From contig CBDBBI010000010.1 of assembly GCA_965202625.1 (NCBI GenBank), positions 544,001-608,000 on the forward strand: a stretch of DNA of 64,000 bases. Reading direction: 5' to 3'. The position numbers and the translations under genes were made by a program. Origin of the DNA: a bacterium. Its GTDB lineage: Bacteria > UBA8248. The stretch's first letter is position 1. Each line of letters begins with the position of its first letter. Positions 58,632 to 64,000 of this stretch are shown here, one piece after another. Below the pieces are notes generated by a model. The model was given only the letters and a program-made list of their open reading frames with translations, ran no database searches and had not been told where the DNA came from.

Positions 58632-60008
58632 ATGTCTTCGCCTCTGTTCGTCATCGTCGGTCGCCCGAACGTGGGCAAATCCACCTTATTCAATCGTCTC
58701 ATCGGCAGGCGGGCCGCCATTGTGCAGCCGGAACCGGGAGTAACGCGGGACAGGCGCTACGGAGAGGGGCAATGGGGAAATAAAAATTTTCTGATTGTCG
58801 ACACAGGCGGCATCGCCGCATCCGAAGAGGATCCGTTCTTGCTGAAAATTCAAGAACAGACGGTAGTCGCGATTGAGGAAAGCGACCTCGTCCTGTTTTT
58901 GGTCGACGGGATCGAGGGTCTCCTGCCCGGGGATCAAGAGGTCGCGCAAATGATTCGCACATCTCAAAAACCTGCCCTCCTCATCGTGAATAAATCGGAC
59001 GCTAAGCGCGCGAGAGAGACGAAATGGGATTTTTACCAGCTGGGCCTTGGCGAGATTTGGCCCGTCTCGACTGAACATGGCACCGGCGTGTCCGACGTGA
59101 TAGATGAGGCGATTCGCATCGTTTCGCCCGGAAAAACGCAAATCGAAGGGGCCGAAAGAACAGAAGAGCGGCGCATCGCCGTTGTTGGACGCCCGAACGT
59201 GGGTAAATCCTCTTTCGTGAACCAGATTCTCGGAAGGAAACGAAACCTAGTGAGTTCCGTTCCGGGGACGACGAGAGACCCGGTGGATTCCCTCTGCCGG
59301 CGGGGAGAGAAGTCCTATCGAATCGTGGATACGGCCGGTATCAGGAGGCGTGGGAAGATAGGGGCGCGCCAAGTGGAAGCGGTGAGCATGATGATGGCGT
59401 ATCGCAGCATCGAGCGCGCTCAAGTCGCGTTACTCCTCATTGACGCGACCGAAGGCCCAAGAGCGATGGACGCGCAGATAGCCCGCCACATCAAAGAGTC
59501 TGGCCGCGCCTGCGCAATTTTGCTGAACAAATGGGACCTCCTAGCAAAGGAGACCGAAACGTTTGATGCCAAGGTGCTCGAGATCAGAGAGAAACTGGTT
59601 CACGTCCACTTCGCCCCTGTTCTTTCCATTTCCGCCCTAACAGGACAGAGGTGCGAGCGTGTTTTCGAGCTAGTGGAAAAAATATATGCGTCTCACCTGC
59701 GGCGCGTACCCACCGCTCAGATGAATCGAGCGATAGCGGAAATCGTTCGCGCGCATCCTCCGCCCGCCGCTCCGGGGGGTAGGCGTCCCAAGGTGTATTA
59801 TTCCACCCAAAGCGCCGTCTCTCCCCCCCAAGTTATGCTGTTCGCAAGTCTTGCAAGCCACATCCCCGTCGAGCAATATGGGCGATACGTGGAGAACAGG
59901 CTGAGAGAGCGGTTTGACTTCGAGGGAACCCCGCTGCGGATCGGTTTTCGCCAAAGGGGGAGAAGTTCTCCACGAAAGCGGGGTAGAGGTAGGAACGCAG
60001 ACCGATAG
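58632..60008 (+). CDS. der: Ribosome biogenesis GTPase Der (EngA)
   Basis: Two GRPNVGKS P-loops, GVTRD, DTGG, NKSD, GTTRD, DTAG, NKWD, Y..Y.EN.LRE.F.F.GTP. Confidence 0.98.
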   Translation: MSSPLFVIVGRPNVGKSTLFNRLIGRRAAIVQPEPGVTRDRRYGEGQWGNKNFLIVDTGGIAASEEDPFLLKIQEQTVVAIEESDLVLFLVDGIEGLLPGDQEVAQMIRTSQKPALLIVNKSDAKRARETKWDFYQLGLGEIWPVSTEHGTGVSDVIDEAIRIVSPGKTQIEGAERTEERRIAVVGRPNVGKSSFVNQILGRKRNLVSSVPGTTRDPVDSLCRRGEKSYRIVDTAGIRRRGKIGARQVEAVSMMMAYRSIERAQVALLLIDATEGPRAMDAQIARHIKESGRACAILLNKWDLLAKETETFDAKVLEIREKLVHVHFAPVLSISALTGQRCERVFELVEKIYASHLRRVPTAQMNRAIAEIVRAHPPPAAPGGRRPKVYYSTQSAVSPPQVMLFASLASHIPVEQYGRYVENRLRERFDFEGTPLRIGFRQRGRSSPRKRGRGRNADR

Positions 60009-60097
60009 CCTCAAAATTTTTCGAGAGTCTTGAGAAATAGATGGACATATAGTTCATGCCCAGCTTTAATTATATCATCACAAGCATTTCATTATGA

Positions 60098-60126
60098 TTG
60101 ACAAATCTATTTTTGCTTGGCAGAAT
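60098..60126 (+). promoter_or_regulatory. sigma70-type promoter for the EF-G paralog
   Basis: TTGACA-17 nt-CAGAAT with a TG extended -10 element, in an AT-rich intergenic region. Confidence 0.6.
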
Positions 60127-60227
60127 TACCCTAAATTAGTATTTTCAAGTTCTTCATTGAGCTAAGCGTGATGCTTTTTCACGAGATTGAGATGACCAAA
60201 AGGCTGATATTAGAGGAGTTAAGGTAA

Positions 60228-62315
60228 ATGGCGGCGCAAGAAACAGAACGGATCCGAAACGTTGCTTTTGTGGGAGAGGGCGGAAACGGAAAAACTTCTC
60301 TCGTGGAAGCCTGTCTCTTCACCGCCGGAAGCACGGACAGGCAAGGAAATGTGTACGCAGGAAGCACGATACTCGACTTCGAGCCTGAGGAAGTGAAGAG
60401 AACCTCCTCCATCTTCGGAGCGGTGGCCTACGCCGACTGGAACAAGCGTCGCTTCAATCTTCTCGATACGCCGGGATATTCAAACTTCATATCCGATGCC
60501 CTAGCCGCCATCCGCGCGTGCGACAACGCGGTCGTCGTCTTGAATTCTCACTCAGATCTGAAAGTGATTACCGAAAAAGTCTTGGGCTGGGCCGAGGATG
60601 AGGGTCTGTGCGCGTTCATATATCTCAACCAGATGGATCATGAACAAGCGGATTTGAGTCGCGTACTGGAACATGCGGGAAAGGTGATCAACAAGCGTCT
60701 CGTGGTTTTACAACTACCCATTAACCCCGGTGTCGGCTTCAACGGGATTCTCGATCTCATTATGGGCAAGACCTACACCTATGAAGTGGGGGGAAGCGGA
60801 AAGGGCGAGGAGGGCGATATTCCGGCGGAACTTGTCGATGCCTATGAAGAGCATCGCGCGCGGCTCATTGAGTTCGCCGCGGAATCGGACGAAGAGGTGC
60901 TCGAAAAATATCTCGAAGGAGAGGAACTCTCTCCGGATGAGATCGTTCAAGGACTGCGCCAGGGGATCCAGGAGGGTTCCTTCTTGCCGGTGTTATGCGG
61001 GTGCGGTCTCACGAACGTGGGCACGGACCTTCTACTTGATGCGCTCGATCAGTTTGGCGCCTCGCCCCTCGTTCATGAGTTCAAGGCAAGAAACGACGGC
61101 GGGGGGGAGGTGAACGTCAAGGCCGATTCAGGCGCGCCTTTCCGCGCCCTGGTGTTCAAAACGGTCATAGATGCTTTCGCCGGCAAGCTAAACTACTTTC
61201 GGGTAGTTTCGGGCGAAATTTCCTCCGACGCCAGCGTTCTCAACACCACACGATCGGAGAAAGAGAGAATCGGCGCCTTGTTCTTCGTCCAGGGGAAAGG
61301 GCAATCTCCCGTCTCCGATAAGCTCGTGCCAGGAGACATTGCTGCGGTCGCAAAACTGAAAATCACCAGAACCGGGGATACGCTTTGTGCCGAAGCGGGC
61401 GCCGTCGTGTTTGAACCCATCAACTTTCCTTCTCCTGTCATCTCCTACGCCGTAGCGCCCAAGAGCAAGGGAGATGAGGAGAAGCTCAGCACCGCCATCG
61501 CGCGCTCGCGCGATGAGGATCCCGTTCTCACCGTCAGCCGCGATCCGCAGACGAAGGAGATGCTTCTCTCGGGGCTGGGTGTTTTGCACATCAAAGTGAT
61601 GGTGGAGCGCATCAAGCGCAAATATGGCGTGGAAGTCGATATGAAAACCCCCCGCGTACCCTACAAGGAAACGATTAAAGGCAGAACTAAGGTGCAGGGC
61701 CGCTACAAGAAGCAAACGGGCGGGCGCGGACAATTCGGAGACACATGGCTTGAGATCGAGCCGCTACAGCGCGGAAGCGGCTTCGAGTTCGTAGATAAGA
61801 TTGTCGGCGGCGTGATCCCGAAAACGTTCATTCCGGCCGTGGAGAAGGGGATCGTAGAGGCAATGGATTCCGGTACCCTAGCTGGCTACCCAGTGACGGA
61901 TTTGAGGATCACGCTTTATGACGGCAGTTTTCACAACGTAGACAGCTCTGAGATGGCCTTCAAAATAGCCGGTTCTCTTGGCTTCAAAAAGGGCTTGCGG
62001 GAATGTAAGCCCACCCTCCTGGAACCCATCATGAACATGAACGTCGTCGTTCCGGAAGAGTATATGGGCGACATCATCGGGGACATGAACTCACGCAGGG
62101 GCAGGGTGCTCGGTATGGATCCGGGTGCTGGCGGCAAACAGGTCATCAAATCGCAGGTTCCCATGGCCGAGGTGTTGAACTACGCACCCGTGCTTCGCTC
62201 GCTTACCGCGGATCGGGGTGATTTCTCCATAGAGTTTTCACACTACGAGGAAGTACCAGGACAGATTTCTGAAAAAATTATATCCGAAGTGACACTTGCC
62301 GGTGAGAGCGAATGA
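60228..62315 (+). CDS. fusA2: Elongation factor G paralog (EF-G2 type)
   Basis: Five-domain EF-G (PRVPYKETI, KKQTGGRGQFG, DGSFH.VDSSEMAF, LLEP.M, GD.NSRRG) with a divergent G domain (GEGGNGKTS, DTPGY, NQMD). Not in a str operon. Confidence 0.9.
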   Translation: MAAQETERIRNVAFVGEGGNGKTSLVEACLFTAGSTDRQGNVYAGSTILDFEPEEVKRTSSIFGAVAYADWNKRRFNLLDTPGYSNFISDALAAIRACDNAVVVLNSHSDLKVITEKVLGWAEDEGLCAFIYLNQMDHEQADLSRVLEHAGKVINKRLVVLQLPINPGVGFNGILDLIMGKTYTYEVGGSGKGEEGDIPAELVDAYEEHRARLIEFAAESDEEVLEKYLEGEELSPDEIVQGLRQGIQEGSFLPVLCGCGLTNVGTDLLLDALDQFGASPLVHEFKARNDGGGEVNVKADSGAPFRALVFKTVIDAFAGKLNYFRVVSGEISSDASVLNTTRSEKERIGALFFVQGKGQSPVSDKLVPGDIAAVAKLKITRTGDTLCAEAGAVVFEPINFPSPVISYAVAPKSKGDEEKLSTAIARSRDEDPVLTVSRDPQTKEMLLSGLGVLHIKVMVERIKRKYGVEVDMKTPRVPYKETIKGRTKVQGRYKKQTGGRGQFGDTWLEIEPLQRGSGFEFVDKIVGGVIPKTFIPAVEKGIVEAMDSGTLAGYPVTDLRITLYDGSFHNVDSSEMAFKIAGSLGFKKGLRECKPTLLEPIMNMNVVVPEEYMGDIIGDMNSRRGRVLGMDPGAGGKQVIKSQVPMAEVLNYAPVLRSLTADRGDFSIEFSHYEEVPGQISEKIISEVTLAGESE

Positions 62316-62345
62316 CTTCGCCCTCACACATAGAGGGTTCGAATC

Positions 62346-63180
62346 ATGGTCCAAAAAAGAGGGCGACTCGGGGGAGAATTACGGAGACTGCGAAGAAAAG
62401 GATGAGTGTCGTGGTGGTGGTCTTCTAAGACACCTTGATGGTCGCCCTGTTCTCGTTTGTCATGCTGGGTGGCGTAGGTGGGATATCAGTTTTGGTGGAT
62501 ACCCAAGATCGCGAAAAAAGAAAGAATCAAAGAAGCCCAGCAGAAGCAGAAAGAGCAAAGAAAGATGCGGCTGGCCCGAATTGAGCGCGAGACCGAGCTC
62601 ACGAAACAAGCACTCACGATCCTTGAACAGGTCAAGACGGACGGCGCGCGGGAGCGAGGACAGCCCGTTGTGTGGCCCGTTTCCCCCAAAGAGCAAAGGA
62701 GAGCAAATGCGGTGCCGAACGCAGTGGTAATGAAGAAATCCTCCGCACCACAAGGCCAACTTCTGAAAGACAGTCGGCATCAAACGCGATGATTACGGAA
62801 AAATCTATCGCCTCTCACCAGGGAGCAAAAGGTAAAACCAAGGGTTCGGGCAAACCCAAAGACACAAAAACCTAAAGCGAGAGCGCAGGAAAGCCTAGAC
62901 GTCCGTAGGCCGCGCCAAGGTATATCGGCACCAAAAGCAGTGGAGAGTATCCGTGGGAAGTTTTAAGTATCTGGAAGATACGGCCATCCTTTTGGATTGC
63001 ATCAAGGATTCTGGGTTTCGTGGCGAGCTTGCTTTCCGGCTTCAAGTCAAGACGACGCGGTTTTATGGAATACAGACGGGCAAATTTGAGAGATTTCGTG
63101 GGGCGATGGCGTTTAGAAGAAAAATCATCGGCGCTGGATTTTCTGATGCCACCGTAGTTCGTCAAAGGTTGAAAAAATAG
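62346..63180 (+). pseudogene. Fragmented TM-coiled-coil-SPOR gene
   Basis: TM piece LMVALFSFVMLGGVG (62435+), coiled-coil piece GYQFWWIPKIAKKERIKEAQQK (62478+) and SPOR piece KQWRVSVGSF...GF...FYGIQTGKF...A...GFSDA.VV (to 63180) lie in three different frames with stops. Confidence 0.7.
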
Positions 63181-63191
63181 AGGATCGATTC

Positions 63192-63614
63192 ATGTCCCAA
63201 GTTGCCCAGGAACAGCGGATACCCGACAAGTTGTTCTTCAAGATTGGTCAAGTGGCACAGTTGACGGGTACAAAACCCCATGTGCTTCGTTATTGGGAGA
63301 GTGAGTTTCAAATGCTCCGGCCCGCTAAGGGCGACTCGGGCCAGCGCGTCTACCGCCGCAAGGATGTGGAAATCGTTTTTTCCATCAAGAAATTATTACA
63401 CGAAGAGAATTTTACCATTGCGGGAGCCAAGAAGCAGCTGCAAAAGCGAAGAGGGGCGAAATCCGAAGCCAGCAAAGCGCAAAAACCCATCGAAGCCCAG
63501 CCGGAAGCTACCCCCGCGCCGTCCTCTAGCGGCGAGAGCAAGGAAGGGGTCGATCTCGCGTGGGTGCAGAAAGAACTCCAAGAGATACTCAAGATTTTTG
63601 GCGGGAGCGGCTGA
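63192..63614 (+). CDS. MerR-family HTH regulator (type usually found after ihfA)
   Basis: [31 protein letters not shown]...GQRVY...D, LL.EE.FTI.GA. Confidence 0.93.
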   Translation: MSQVAQEQRIPDKLFFKIGQVAQLTGTKPHVLRYWESEFQMLRPAKGDSGQRVYRRKDVEIVFSIKKLLHEENFTIAGAKKQLQKRRGAKSEASKAQKPIEAQPEATPAPSSSGESKEGVDLAWVQKELQEILKIFGGSG

Positions 63615-63670
63615 GAGCCGTCCGGATGTGTTTTAAAAGCCCCGTGCAGCACATATTCTTTCTCTCATCT

Positions 63671-63706
63671 TCTGAGGAGCAAACGTATGGACGCTTGCTC
63701 CTCAGA
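63671..63706. repeat. Strong inverted repeat/hairpin downstream of merR
   Basis: TCTGAGGAGCAA-(ACGTATGGACGC)-TTGCTCCTCAGA: 12-bp perfect arms plus inner CGT/ACG pairing. Confidence 0.75.
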
Positions 63707-63940
63707 TGGAAAAACCCGCGCCAGTGCTTCTCAAAGGTGTCGGCGTTCTCGCTTGGACGAAGCACTCGTCTAGGGAAGTGATTGACTGATCAGCGCGCGC
63801 CACTTATCGTTGGGCTTGGTGATTGTCGAAAAACGACTTGAAGTCTAAAATGTGTGAAAGGGCCAGTGCCATCAATGGTTGATAGACGAGCCTTAGATCA
63901 AATCGCGTCCGCAGATTCAACGATTGTAGGACTCTGAGAG

Positions 63941-64000
63941 ATGGCTAGAACTTTTCGGAAAGAAATTCGGCAGCCAGACGCCTTGCAAATCTACGGACGG
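63941..64000 (+). CDS. 5' start of a gene truncated by the window edge (MARTFRKEIRQPD...)
   Basis: ATG 63941 is open to the edge. RKEIRQPD resembles the N-termini of YfgM/TPR membrane proteins (weak). Confidence 0.4.
   Translation, partial: MARTFRKEIRQPDALQIYGR

Overview
Almost entirely + strand, gene-dense core chromosome of a diderm (LPS-making) bacterium with GC roughly 55-60% by eye. The gene order is deltaproteobacteria/Nitrospinota-like, which is an inference from synteny only. Gene order: argS(3' part)-SPOR; lipA-alaC-hom-apgM-like-lysC-glyQS; ppdK-ribD-ribE-ribBX-ribH-nusB; lptE-holA; rpsT(-); murJ-xerD; phoH-pgpH-ybeY-HIT-lapA-mutS; DUF4390-ntrY-[receiver::LpxC fusion]-purMN-lolA-rseP-ispG-proS; two small ORFs-tRNA-Met-tilS-ftsH-pdxJ-nnr-tsaE; lptCAB-rpoN; hprK-EIIA-HPr-metK-ahcY-amiC-der; EF-G2; a fragmented SPOR gene; MerR. 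I found no mobile element, CRISPR array or rRNA. The standout is a two-component system in which the NtrY kinase's adjacent response regulator has no AAA+/HTH output and is instead fused to a catalytically intact LpxC. This suggests direct phospho-control of the committed step of lipid A synthesis. Secondary observations: an ApgM-family pseudoenzyme, a frameshifted murJ 5' end, a probable CTG start for tsaE, two small unannotated proteins and two decayed gene remnants.
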